This document shows positions 9,803-19,303 of a DNA stretch of 64,000 nucleotides, piece after piece. The DNA is from Candidatus Uhrbacteria bacterium (lineage in GTDB: Bacteria; Patescibacteriota; Patescibacteriia; UBA9934), in the NCBI GenBank assembly GCA_963822405.1, contig CAWGHH010000001.1, positions 23,296 through 87,295 of the forward strand, written 5' to 3'. The notes beneath the pieces are model-generated. The model was not told where the DNA came from. It searched no databases and worked only from the letters and a program-made list of their open reading frames with translations. A program made the position numbers and the translations under genes. Positions within the stretch are counted from its first letter, which is position 1. Every line of letters begins with the position of its first letter.

Positions 9803-12800
9803 TTATGGAGTGATTGTCGGATCAATAGGAGTCGGATCCACAGGGGAATCGACCGGCGCAACGGGGTCAGCTGGTACAGGATCGATCGTCGCGGGGTCAA
9901 CCGGGGCATCAATCGGTACCGTCAGATCAACTATTGGCGGATCAACGGGCATCGGGTCAACCGGAGCGGGGTCAACTACGCCAGCAACTACTGGTTCTGG
10001 TACAGGAACCGGAGTTGGTTCAGGTGCCGGTGTCACAAGTTGCGGCTCGTGGTCTTTCTCGTAGGCGATCACAAGCCAGTCGACCAAAATGCCGGTCGAT
10101 GCACCCGTGTCATGGATGATGAATCCCCCATTTGAACGATCGGTCACGTAAATCTGACCAGTTGCCCCAGCCGGCGTGACAAGAACTCTGTAAGAAGCAG
10201 TATTTGAAATGATCTGATTAAAGTGCACGTCTACATCAGAGAAGGTAACGGTAGCGATACCATTTTGCAATGTACTTGTCCCCGAGAGCTCAACCGTTCG
10301 CTCGGTGGTCGCTGCTGGATACGTGCTTACCAAGTCACCAGCAAATGATTTAACTTGCTTGATCACTGCGCCCTGTGTTGTGAAGTCACCGTTCTCGGCA
10401 ATTTTCCAGGCTCCACCAATCCCTTCCATCGAACCAACTGACAAAATGTTTCCACCATTCATGTTAAGCGCGCCAGAAAGGTCCAGTCCGTTCGACGAAG
10501 TAATTCCGGATACAGTGTTGCTAACATCCGGCGCCGCGTTCGTTCCACTGCCCGAATAATATGATGCACGAATGAATGCGACAACCTGACCAGCTCCGCT
10601 CGACCATGGCTCCATTGCGTAACCAAGAATCGGCCCAGCCTTAGTCGCTTTCATCGCCACACCCGGAGTCGACGAGGTGGTCAACGGATCGCCAATCGCG
10701 ACTGCGCCATTTTCGTCAGAAACATTCGTTGGCACTCGACCAGACAACGCGATTGGATAGCTTCCCGCCTTGTACTCACCGGCAAGGAAACCTGGACGCG
10801 TCGAAACGACACCAACGAGCTTCTCGTCGTACTTAGTTGTCCCCGACTTCTTTACACCTTGTGCGTGATCTGCAAATACAACTACTTCACCAGCCGCAAG
10901 AGTTTCATCCGATGGGAACATTTCAGCAAAATCATATGAACCAACATTCCAACCAGCGGCGTTTGTTTTCATGTAACCACCACCAACTGACGAATCGTAG
11001 AAAATGTATGCGTTTGTTTGGGTAAGTCCGCGATCTGATGGATACAAATTACCAGACACTAGAATATCACCGCTGTTTGTAATAGAAGCTATTTCGCCAC
11101 CAAGGTTATTCTCAAAGGCTAAACGATATTTGCTAAGCGAGTTGACCTTGGTTCGCAATCCCATGTTTACGTCGATCGAGGTTGCACCATCCCAACCGCT
11201 ACCAGCCAGCAATAAGGCGTGCGAACTCTGAGTCTGAGTCGATGCAGTGGCTCGGGCAAGAGAAGACAATTGAAGATCGCCACTGATTGCCAATGCCGAT
11301 CCGTCTGCAGCTAACATGTTTCCGCCGTACCAAGTGTTGTCGATAAATACCGTAATCGTTGTCATGCCAACGCCATTAAAGCTCGTTAGCGCGCGACCAA
11401 CTACGCGACCAGGAGCCGTTGCCTTCATGGCGTAACCGGGAGTTGAGGAAGCCGTTAGATAGTCGCCCGCAATAATAGGACCGTTCTCACTTGTCACATG
11501 AAGTGGAACTCGACCATCAAGTGCAATAGGCAAAGGGTGCGCGCCCTGGTCTCGAACATTCGTACCAATTGTTTCGTTAGGCGAGGTAGAAACAATGCCG
11601 AAAAGTAAATCAGCGGAAGTGGCACGTGTTAATACTGGCAGTGATTTTGTCACGGTTCCAGACAATATCTCACCGGTAAAAGCGTCACTCTCCTGCGCTT
11701 GATACGTAAACATTGATGACGTGAGCGCAACGATGTCTCCGTTCGTCGGAGTTCCGTCTGTCTCATACCATTCGGCGTAGTCAGCCGGTGCGCCAGAACA
11801 AACAACAAGTGCTCGGAACACCGCGGTAGTATCCGAGTTTGCACCAGAGTGACAGACACCGTTAGTGGTGGCCGTGCCGCCAAAGTTCATTGTAAAATCA
11901 CCAGCAGTTGTCACCTGCCAAGCGGTTCCGCCGATGATTGAGGCAGTTGTACCGGCCGTACTGTTTCCGATAGTAATGACGTCGGTAGTTGAAGCGTTCG
12001 TTGCGATGTTGATCGTGTCGCCACCATTGGATACAACTCCTCCAATATTTGTCGTCTTAGCACCACCACCATCGTTTAATCCTAGAACTGCCGTACCGGT
12101 AAGATCCGTGTTTGCGCCCCTAATCCATGCCGAACTTGATGCATGAAAACTACCAATAGTAATCGAGTCTGCGCTAGTCGCGTCCGTAGCAATCTGTATA
12201 GAATTCGCTCGATCTACATCTACCCCACCTATTTTAATGGTCGAGGAATCAGCCGCGGCATTCAAGAAATTAAAAGTAGCGGAGGTTGACGTAAAGTCTC
12301 CTCCATTCATGGCGATATCACCGGCGTTAGTGATTGACCAGTCATTACCACCAGTCAGAGTAAGGAGTGTAGATGCGTGTGAATTTCCGATAGCAATAGT
12401 GTCCGCAGTTGTGCCTTCTGTTGCTAAGTTTATTGTAGTTGCGGAGTCGGCAATAGAACCAACGGTAATAGTAGAGGAAGAAGTAGTCTCACCCATATAT
12501 ACTGTTCCTCCCTGTATACGAACGTTGTTGCCTCCGTAAAGATCCAGCGTAGATGAGGCATGCATGCTTCCGATGGTAACGTTGTCTGCCGAAGTAGCAT
12601 CTGTCGCTATTCGAACTTGGTTTGCACGATCGCTATCCACACCACCAATATCAATATTAGACGAGTTAGTCGCCAAATCAAGGAAATTAAAGGTGGCGGA
12701 TGTTGAAGTAATGTCTCCGCCGTTTAGCGCCAAATCATCAGCCGATGTAATTAATCCGGCACCGGAAACGCTCCAAGCAGTTCCGCCGGTCAGTGAAAGC

Positions 12801-14827
12801 GTCGTTGCAGCATTCGTATTCCCTACGCTTATGGTGTCCTGAAAAGCGGCTCCGGTGCCAATATTGATCGACGTCGCTATCCCCAAACCATCATTAATGC
12901 TTATCAACCCCGATTTTAAATTCATCACAGATGATGCATGCGCGCTGCCAATAGAAACCGTGTCCGCAGAGGTGGCATCAGTAGCGATGCTGATCGTGTT
13001 AGCTAAATCCGTTCCCACACCACCGATATCGATCGTTGGTGTATCACCGGTATTATCCAAAAAATTGAATCCGACTGTTGCAGAGGAAGTAATTGCTGAG
13101 AAAAATGGAGAGTTCAAGGCCAGACCGTTTGCCAACGTCAACAGACCGCTTGCGTCTAGCGACCAACTAGGTCCACCGATCAGTGCTAAAGTTGTAGCAA
13201 CGTTCGAGTTTCCAATGCTAATCGTATCTCCAGCCGTCGCATCTAGACCGATGTTGATCGTATCTGCATCTGAATAATTGGCAATGTCGATCGTGTCACA
13301 AGCAGCCGAGTTACAAAGAGACATGCTAGTCGCATTAGTATTTCCGATGGCGAGCACCCCAGCCGAAGCTTTGTCTAAGCTTGCAGACGTAAGATTCAAA
13401 AATGTACCCAAGCCGTTATTCGCTATGCTCCAATTAGCACTAGTCAAATCAATAGAGTCAGAAGCCTCACCGATAGAAATAGTGTTAGCATTAAAACTCG
13501 TTCCGATGCTTAGCGAAGCACAGGCAGGTGAGTTACAAAGCGTTAGAGAAGTAGCATTTACGCCACCGATTGTTAATGCTCCAGCGGCATTTGTATCCAG
13601 CCCTTGGTTAACCGCGATATTAATCGTTCCGGCAGATGAAACATCGAAATTTGTAAAATCAATGGCGCCAGTAGTTCCAATAATATTATTATCGCCGACC
13701 GATAAAGCGTTCGTGTAGTCAGTGTCAGTCGCAACTATAGCGGTCGTCGATGCGGCAGATGCGGAAAGGGTTAGCACGCCAGTCGATGAGATATTCCAAT
13801 CATCACCACCGGTGAGCGAAACGGTAGTTCCAGCATTTCCATTTCCCATGATAATCGTGTCCGCGCTGGTTCCGTTCGTGGCGATGTTGAGGTTATTCGC
13901 AATATCAACAATCGGACCAGATCCGCCAATGTTGATCGTGGCCGAATCTCCAGTGGCGTTCAATAGATTGAATGTCCCAGCCGTAGAAGTAAAATCTCCT
14001 CCGTTTAACGCAAGGTCGGCACTGCTAGTAATGTTGCTTGCGGTAGAAATAACATTCACTGAAGTTAAGATCAGGTCGCCCGATGTGTTGGTTGATAATG
14101 TTGCGCCAGGAATAGCGGCACCGGAATTATAAATACGGATAAGACCGTTAAGTGTACTGTCGGTTCCAAGGTTTAGCTCAGCAAGAGACTCATCAAAGAA
14201 AAACTTACCAGCGGCTGGCGTCACTCCACCAATAACAAAATCATCAGTCGCCGAAGTCAAATACGTATATGTACCACCGTCAGTAAACAACGAAGTAAAG
14301 GCGCTCGAGTCTAAACCGTCGAGGGTGTCAGCGTTTAAAGCGTAAGGCGCAGCGACAATCTGTTTTCGAGGTGAAAGTATTTCACCATTAACGGTAACTT
14401 CGAGATAGACGCCAGCATTGTTGCCAAAAACTGTATCAGCGATGGCGGCATAAGGAACGCCGGCGGCGGTATCACCAAGATTTTCTGAAAAAAGGCCATC
14501 AGTTAGCGTGACTGTTCGAGCCGCTGGGGCCACACAAGTAGCAGAAGCGTTTGACCACAAACATGTACCACCGGAAAGCGCATCATAAAACTCGAACTTC
14601 ATGCTCGCTGTTGTCGCCGCCACCGGCACGCCGTTAGTATTAAGAATTCTGCCTTGATAACTTGTAATGTTTGGGGCGCTTGCGGCATGCGTAGAAACGC
14701 CGAAAAACGCGGAGAGGGCCGCGAAGCCGATCAAAACGGGCACGAGGAGAAGCCTCGCAATTACTTGCGGGAATCCGTGGTGTGCACGTTGATTCATGTA
14801 GTTACTAAACTGTGTCGAGCGCCACAT
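9803..14827 (-). CDS. Giant secreted cell-surface protein (1674 aa) with tandem Thr/Ser/Ala/Gly/Asn-rich repeats
   Basis: Signal peptide/TM LLLVPVLIGFAALSAFFGVSTHAASA. At least 5 tandem roughly 100-aa repeats (LTGG..WS..G.L......ALNGGDITSTSATFNFLD.....S.I.IGGV..DRAN...IATDATSAD..TIGS.HASS). Two C-terminal roughly 60-aa repeats (GRVP..V.ENG....GD.LT.SSTPG.AMKAT). Pro/Asp/Val-rich C-terminal tail ending ...DPTPIDPTITP. No internal stops over 5 kb. Confidence 0.7.
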   Translation of the reverse strand: MWRSTQFSNYMNQRAHHGFPQVIARLLLVPVLIGFAALSAFFGVSTHAASAPNITSYQGRILNTNGVPVAATTASMKFEFYDALSGGTCLWSNASATCVAPAARTVTLTDGLFSENLGDTAAGVPYAAIADTVFGNNAGVYLEVTVNGEILSPRKQIVAAPYALNADTLDGLDSSAFTSLFTDGGTYTYLTSATDDFVIGGVTPAAGKFFFDESLAELNLGTDSTLNGLIRIYNSGAAIPGATLSTNTSGDLILTSVNVISTASNITSSADLALNGGDFTSTAGTFNLLNATGDSATINIGGSGPIVDIANNLNIATNGTSADTIIMGNGNAGTTVSLTGGDDWNISSTGVLTLSASAASTTAIVATDTDYTNALSVGDNNIIGTTGAIDFTNFDVSSAGTINIAVNQGLDTNAAGALTIGGVNATSLTLCNSPACASLSIGTSFNANTISIGEASDSIDLTSANWSIANNGLGTFLNLTSASLDKASAGVLAIGNTNATSMSLCNSAACDTIDIANYSDADTINIGLDATAGDTISIGNSNVATTLALIGGPSWSLDASGLLTLANGLALNSPFFSAITSSATVGFNFLDNTGDTPTIDIGGVGTDLANTISIATDATSADTVSIGSAHASSVMNLKSGLISINDGLGIATSINIGTGAAFQDTISVGNTNAATTLSLTGGTAWSVSGAGLITSADDLALNGGDITSTSATFNFLDLATNSSNIDIGGVDSDRANQVRIATDATSADNVTIGSMHASSTLDLYGGNNVRIQGGTVYMGETTSSSTITVGSIADSATTINLATEGTTADTIAIGNSHASTLLTLTGGNDWSITNAGDIAMNGGDFTSTSATFNFLNAAADSSTIKIGGVDVDRANSIQIATDATSADSITIGSFHASSSAWIRGANTDLTGTAVLGLNDGGGAKTTNIGGVVSNGGDTINIATNASTTDVITIGNSTAGTTASIIGGTAWQVTTAGDFTMNFGGTATTNGVCHSGANSDTTAVFRALVVCSGAPADYAEWYETDGTPTNGDIVALTSSMFTYQAQESDAFTGEILSGTVTKSLPVLTRATSADLLFGIVSTSPNETIGTNVRDQGAHPLPIALDGRVPLHVTSENGPIIAGDYLTASSTPGYAMKATAPGRVVGRALTSFNGVGMTTITVFIDNTWYGGNMLAADGSALAISGDLQLSSLARATASTQTQSSHALLLAGSGWDGATSIDVNMGLRTKVNSLSKYRLAFENNLGGEIASITNSGDILVSGNLYPSDRGLTQTNAYIFYDSSVGGGYMKTNAAGWNVGSYDFAEMFPSDETLAAGEVVVFADHAQGVKKSGTTKYDEKLVGVVSTRPGFLAGEYKAGSYPIALSGRVPTNVSDENGAVAIGDPLTTSSTPGVAMKATKAGPILGYAMEPWSSGAGQVVAFIRASYYSGSGTNAAPDVSNTVSGITSSNGLDLSGALNMNGGNILSVGSMEGIGGAWKIAENGDFTTQGAVIKQVKSFAGDLVSTYPAATTERTVELSGTSTLQNGIATVTFSDVDVHFNQIISNTASYRVLVTPAGATGQIYVTDRSNGGFIIHDTGASTGILVDWLVIAYEKDHEPQLVTPAPEPTPVPVPEPVVAGVVDPAPVDPMPVDPPIVDLTVPIDAPVDPATIDPVPADPVAPVDSPVDPTPIDPTITP

Positions 14828-17255
14828 TCACCGTTAATGGTGCGGGCTCTTTCTTATCCCGGTAATCAATAGGGCGAACAATTTTTTCCGCAAACCCCGT
14901 TTTAGAGAAGCTTACGTAATACTCGTTCGGACCTAAAAGGAAAGAATAACGGCCACGGTTATCCGTGAGCGTAGACTCGACAAGTTTATTATACCGCGGT
15001 TCGAAGAGCCGCACGACAACATTCCCCAGGGGAGCTTTTCCAACAGTCGCATCAACGATTCCCCAGCCCTTCGGCTTCTTCGGAGTGGCCAATCGAATAG
15101 AAATTAACAAGGTAACAATTTGCACACCAAGACCGATTCCAGAAAACACCCCCGGCAATGTAACGAACACGAAAAATGAGAGCAAAACACCAGTTGGCGC
15201 AGCAACCTTTTGAAGAGTGCGCAAAAATCGTTTCATTTTTAGTCTGTGTTCACCTTGATGCGCCGGCGCTTCAGACGGATCCATTGGAATATTCGCCGCA
15301 ATAGTCGCGTCTTTTTCGCTGACGGTTATGAGCTGCGAAGTATAAACATCAAGAAATACTCCGTCATCCTTAATGCCGGCCGAATAAACACTTGGAAAAA
15401 TGAATCCCCCTTTAGCGACCTTAAGTTTGTAGACGCCCGGCTCTGGCACGAATAGAAAATACTTTCCTTCAGCATTAGAAACCGCTGACTTAATCAGTCG
15501 GTTATCCGAGACTCGATATAGCCTAACTACCGCGAGCTCAACAGGGATCTTCGTCACTGCGTTATACACTACACCGTAAGCCTTTCGTTTTCGACGATTA
15601 AAAAGCAATAATGGCGAGGTGATTAGGTATTGGAGATACGCGCCAAGGTTAAAACTCGAGGCCAAGACTATAGTTGAGGAAGCCGCTACCGCAGCCGTTA
15701 CTGGCGCCGCCACAGTAGCCGTTGCCTGTGCTTCTGGCGACGAAAGAACCTCATTAATTGCGGCCACCGCCTGAGTAGCAGCCACACTTACCGCAGTCAC
15801 CGTCTTCGCAACTTGTGGGGGCAAGACAGCAAGAATAGGCGAAGGTTCAGGAGTCACAATCGGGACAACAACTTCGGCAGTTCGTCGAAGCTCGATCGAT
15901 CCTGACAAGACATGGTCCCGTGATGCAGTAGAAATTGTAGCGGTTTCATATCCATCACGTTCCGCGACTAACGTATAGCTTCCATCCGGTACATACCAAC
16001 CAAAAGTTCCATTAATCGTTGTGCGCTGTGGATTAGATTCGCCAAAAGAAGACGCATTCCATAACGTTTGTGCGCCGGAATATACAGTGACTATTACATT
16101 TTCTACTGGTCGTCGCACGCCATTTACTATTTCATAAACTAAACCGTAAGAACTTGGTTGTACCGCGACTGGAACAACTTTAGTCCCCCCACTTTTTCGA
16201 GTCACAACTACATTGAGCACGTCGCTTCCAGTCGGAGCCTGAATTAACCCCTGGTAAGTATCCGGGGATATTTGCGACAAAATATAATTGGCGTCGCCAA
16301 TCACTACCATCACCGCACTAACATCCGTCGGGTTCGTCACAGACACGCGCACAACCGGCGTAGTTCCGGGCAACACACTAATCTGACCACCGACGAGCGA
16401 TAGTGGGATACCTCCAGCTGTTACCGTAACTGAAACATCAATATCGGTTGGAAGTGCACTTCCACCAGATGGCGGAGTTGATGGCGTCGGTGCAGGCGAA
16501 GGACTCGGTGGAGTCGGGGTTGGAGTAGGTTCCGGTGTGGGGGTTGGGGTTGGCTCAGGAGTTGGCGTTGGTGGAGGTTCTGGAGGAACAACCGGAGGTT
16601 CAGGTGGCGGTTCTGGCGGTGGTGCCGGTGGCGGCCCAGAAGGTGGAGGCACTGGGATAACTTCCGTGATCACGGATCCCGACACCCCAGACGTCGAGGC
16701 ACTAATAATCGGTAAAGGAATCGAGCCCCTATTCAATGATGTCCCGGCTAAATCAATATAATACGTACCTGCAGTAGATGGATTAGTAATCTTATTCGCC
16801 CCCGTTCCAGATGATGACGCGTTTGTTCCGATCTCAATTCCCACCACATGACCGGCAATGATCGAGCCTCCATCACCAGCACAAACAGTGATCGTGAACA
16901 CGTTCACCACTCGATCCACAGACATCTGTTCGACTCCCGTACAATCAGCCGCCGTGGTTCGGTCAACGCCATTGTCAGTCACGTCAACATCATCTTCAAT
17001 AATAGAGGAAGCCGTGAATCCGCTTGGGAACGTTAATATAACCGTCTCTCCTTCATCCCATGCATCAGGACTAGCTAACGTGAATAAAAACGAGTGATTC
17101 GACGGCTGACTAATGACTATCGTACTTGGCTGATCGGAAAGATTTGTGACCACGTCAGTGACCGCCTGTACGTTCGAAATAGGAAAAACACCCATCAAAA
17201 AAAGGGTGATAATACAAAACATCGCGGCACGCTGCAAAAAAAATCTCACAGGCAA
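14805..17255 (-). CDS. Surface protein with a Pro/Thr-rich linker and carboxypeptidase-regulatory-like (CarboxypepD_reg/Cna-B-like) beta-sandwich domains
   Basis: Signal peptide; a roughly 70-aa PT/PE linker (PPPEPPPEPPVVPPEPPPTPTPEPTPTPTPEPTPTPTPPSPSP); three segments with CarboxypepD_reg-type motifs (YSGAQ...DGSYTLVAERDGYETA; AEGKYFLFVPEPGVYKLKVAKGGF; NRGRYSFLLGPNEYYVSFSKTGF); interspersed hydrophobic helices. It overlaps the start of the 1674-aa gene by 23 nt. Confidence 0.6.
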   Translation of the reverse strand: MPVRFFLQRAAMFCIITLFLMGVFPISNVQAVTDVVTNLSDQPSTIVISQPSNHSFLFTLASPDAWDEGETVILTFPSGFTASSIIEDDVDVTDNGVDRTTAADCTGVEQMSVDRVVNVFTITVCAGDGGSIIAGHVVGIEIGTNASSSGTGANKITNPSTAGTYYIDLAGTSLNRGSIPLPIISASTSGVSGSVITEVIPVPPPSGPPPAPPPEPPPEPPVVPPEPPPTPTPEPTPTPTPEPTPTPTPPSPSPAPTPSTPPSGGSALPTDIDVSVTVTAGGIPLSLVGGQISVLPGTTPVVRVSVTNPTDVSAVMVVIGDANYILSQISPDTYQGLIQAPTGSDVLNVVVTRKSGGTKVVPVAVQPSSYGLVYEIVNGVRRPVENVIVTVYSGAQTLWNASSFGESNPQRTTINGTFGWYVPDGSYTLVAERDGYETATISTASRDHVLSGSIELRRTAEVVVPIVTPEPSPILAVLPPQVAKTVTAVSVAATQAVAAINEVLSSPEAQATATVAAPVTAAVAASSTIVLASSFNLGAYLQYLITSPLLLFNRRKRKAYGVVYNAVTKIPVELAVVRLYRVSDNRLIKSAVSNAEGKYFLFVPEPGVYKLKVAKGGFIFPSVYSAGIKDDGVFLDVYTSQLITVSEKDATIAANIPMDPSEAPAHQGEHRLKMKRFLRTLQKVAAPTGVLLSFFVFVTLPGVFSGIGLGVQIVTLLISIRLATPKKPKGWGIVDATVGKAPLGNVVVRLFEPRYNKLVESTLTDNRGRYSFLLGPNEYYVSFSKTGFAEKIVRPIDYRDKKEPAPLTVNVALDTV
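16470..16670. repeat. Low-complexity GGT/GGA/GGC microsatellite-like tract encoding the PT/PE linker
   Basis: ggttggggttgg / ggtggcggttctggcggtggtgccggtggcgg reiterations, which are potential slipped-strand indel sites. Confidence 0.4.
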
Positions 17256-17258
17256 TCA

Positions 17259-18119
17259 TTAAGTGCGACGCCGCACTAAACTGATTATACCAAGAAGGAC
17301 GAGTGCCAATGCTAACACCGCACCGAAAATAACAATCGGCGGAATAAACGTAACAAATGTCTGGGCGAGTTTTGCATCACCGTCCCAGAGTTCAAACCTA
17401 TACGACCCAAGTAAAAACTTTGAAAATCCAGTTTTTGCCGGCCAATTTAGCGAAACCCCACGAATGGTTCCTGGTGGTAAATGTTTTGGCTCATTAGAAA
17501 GCTGACCCCGGCCAACTTCACGACCAAATGGCCCGATTATTCGGACTTCATTCGGTAAAATTATCGTCTCTTCGCCATCATTTTGAAATACTGCTGATAT
17601 CATCGTGCTTTTTCCAAAGGTAACTGCTGGAGTGGCGGCGAATGAGTCAATAATCATTGACCGCGTCATCCGACCAGGAACATGAATAAACAACATCGAA
17701 GCCACAGAGGCTTGAACATTACCAACAGACGTCGAGTTCCCCTTCTCAGTGACAAGAATTACCACTGTCGGAGATTGTGCATCGACCCCTGTCGGCAAGC
17801 TCACCGATATATCGATCGTCCGCGAAGAGTGCGGTTCGAGTATGAACGTGCTGGGCAATGCAGAAATTGCCGTTTTCAAGTCTCCAGCTAACGCAGTAAA
17901 GGAGATTTCTTCGGCCTGTTTTCCAAAAACTGCTTCAACAAAAGAAATATCGTAATTCCTCAGTAAATCAGTATCGTTTTTTACTAAAATCGTTGCTGTC
18001 GCCTTTTCGCCGGGCATCACCGTTAGATCTGAAGCACTGGGTTCAATAGTCGCCCCAAACGCAAACAGTGGCGTCGCAAAAGATGTGATCAAGGTCAACA
18101 AGACTGCAAATCGACGCAT
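17259..18119 (-). CDS. Small surface protein with an N-terminal signal peptide and a C-terminal TM anchor followed by basic residues (CscA/DUF916-DUF3324-like architecture)
   Basis: N-terminal signal peptide MRRFAVLLTLITSFATPLFAFGA; C-terminus IVIFGAVLALALVLLGIISLVRRRT. Confidence 0.5.
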   Translation of the reverse strand: MRRFAVLLTLITSFATPLFAFGATIEPSASDLTVMPGEKATATILVKNDTDLLRNYDISFVEAVFGKQAEEISFTALAGDLKTAISALPSTFILEPHSSRTIDISVSLPTGVDAQSPTVVILVTEKGNSTSVGNVQASVASMLFIHVPGRMTRSMIIDSFAATPAVTFGKSTMISAVFQNDGEETIILPNEVRIIGPFGREVGRGQLSNEPKHLPPGTIRGVSLNWPAKTGFSKFLLGSYRFELWDGDAKLAQTFVTFIPPIVIFGAVLALALVLLGIISLVRRRT

Positions 18120-18120
18120 A

Positions 18121-19041
18121 TTAATAGTTCCCTACGAACACGAAAGTTAGCGTTTGCGAATATGAACCATTCGGCTGAGTATCGTTAACCCCAACCTTCA
18201 GTGTCAAAAAATCTCGCGCCTTTAGCGAATTATCAGTTCTACTCGCCACCTCCTGAAGTACGCCCGTGATCGGCGCATCCTGAGTATCGAATGTCGAACC
18301 AGCCAACGAAACATCGGACGATCGGGCTCCATATTCGTTAGCGTTGGCCGTAACTGTTCCATCGGATACATCCGGGATCGTTCCCGCGCTGCCAGATAAA
18401 TCCTGATTTTCAAACATATACACGCTATAGCCGCTCGAAACGTCAGCCGCAGCGTCCCAACCCACAATTCCCGTATTCACAACGGATGTCGAAAATGCCC
18501 CAAAAGGCAAAGAGGTGCCACTTAGTTTGTAAACAAAGTCATTTGAACCGTCGATCACCGGCGCCACGCCTCCGTCTTTCAGCTCGTCAACGGTCAATGT
18601 CGAGCCTCCAACTACGGTTATTCGGCCAATTCCAGAAACCTGCAAGGCGCCCAGGTCCTGAATCACCGCAATATAGTCCCCAACTGAATACCCGGCGACG
18701 GAAGTGACGGTTACAACATTGCTGACCAAGAAGGTGGCGGCAACCTGACTAGATGAATCCTGGGAAAAAACTGAAAAAGAAACCGTTGGATCGTAAATTC
18801 CCGCTCTAAAACCCGCATCTTCCCGGTAAGTTGCCGACGAACTTATCCCCAACGTCGTGCCAAAGTTATCCCGAACCTTGTATGAAGCCGAATTACTCGT
18901 ATCCCCTCCTCCGGGTCCAATTGAGTCCCACTGAATTTGGTAATTGCCTGAGGACATATTTGACTCAGCATGAAAAGTGGCTGAGGTTAGCCAAATAGCT
19001 ATCAGGCCAAAACACAAATTTAAAAATTTAAGGGTCTTCAT
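18121..19041 (-). CDS. Secreted Ser/Thr/Gly-rich protein, first gene of the surface operon
   Basis: Signal peptide MKTLKFLNLCFGLIAIWLTSATFHA; predicted beta-rich; ends LTFVFVGNY. Confidence 0.5.
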   Translation of the reverse strand: MKTLKFLNLCFGLIAIWLTSATFHAESNMSSGNYQIQWDSIGPGGGDTSNSASYKVRDNFGTTLGISSSATYREDAGFRAGIYDPTVSFSVFSQDSSSQVAATFLVSNVVTVTSVAGYSVGDYIAVIQDLGALQVSGIGRITVVGGSTLTVDELKDGGVAPVIDGSNDFVYKLSGTSLPFGAFSTSVVNTGIVGWDAAADVSSGYSVYMFENQDLSGSAGTIPDVSDGTVTANANEYGARSSDVSLAGSTFDTQDAPITGVLQEVASRTDNSLKARDFLTLKVGVNDTQPNGSYSQTLTFVFVGNY

Positions 19042-19093
19042 ACCTCCTTATGAACACTATAAGTACTCAGGAACTTTTCCACAAGCAAAAAGC

Positions 19094-19303
19094 TGTGGAT
19101 AACCCTTCTTTTTTTGTCTACACTAGCGTAGCCAAACCTATTAACTCTCTATCCACAGCTTATCCCCAACCATGTGTAATGATTTACAGATAATGATTTC
19201 ATTACAGAGCAACTAGCCTCCATTGGTTAATATGCAGCTTTGTTTTTGCCCTCCGAATCATCACACATGCAACTTATACACACGAGTACACAGTTTATCC
19301 CCA
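19094..19303. promoter_or_regulatory. Cluster of four DnaA-box-like 9-mers plus an inverted/direct repeat operator-like element, upstream of the surface operon
   Basis: TGTGGATAA at 19094-19102 is a perfect reverse complement of TTATCCACA. cTATCCACA at 19149-19157, TTATCCcCA at 19160-19168 and TTATCCcCA at 19295-19303 are 1-mismatch boxes. An inverted repeat TGTAATGA-N16-TCATTACA at 19173-19204 contains a direct repeat TAATGATTT x2. Confidence 0.35.

Noticed and set aside
9803-14827. Possible CRISPR array or IS/repeat element suggested by periodic approximately 300-bp DNA repeats.
   Set aside because: The repeats are in-frame protein-coding tandem domains of one 5-kb uninterrupted ORF. There are no short direct repeats with unique spacers, and no cas genes anywhere in the window.
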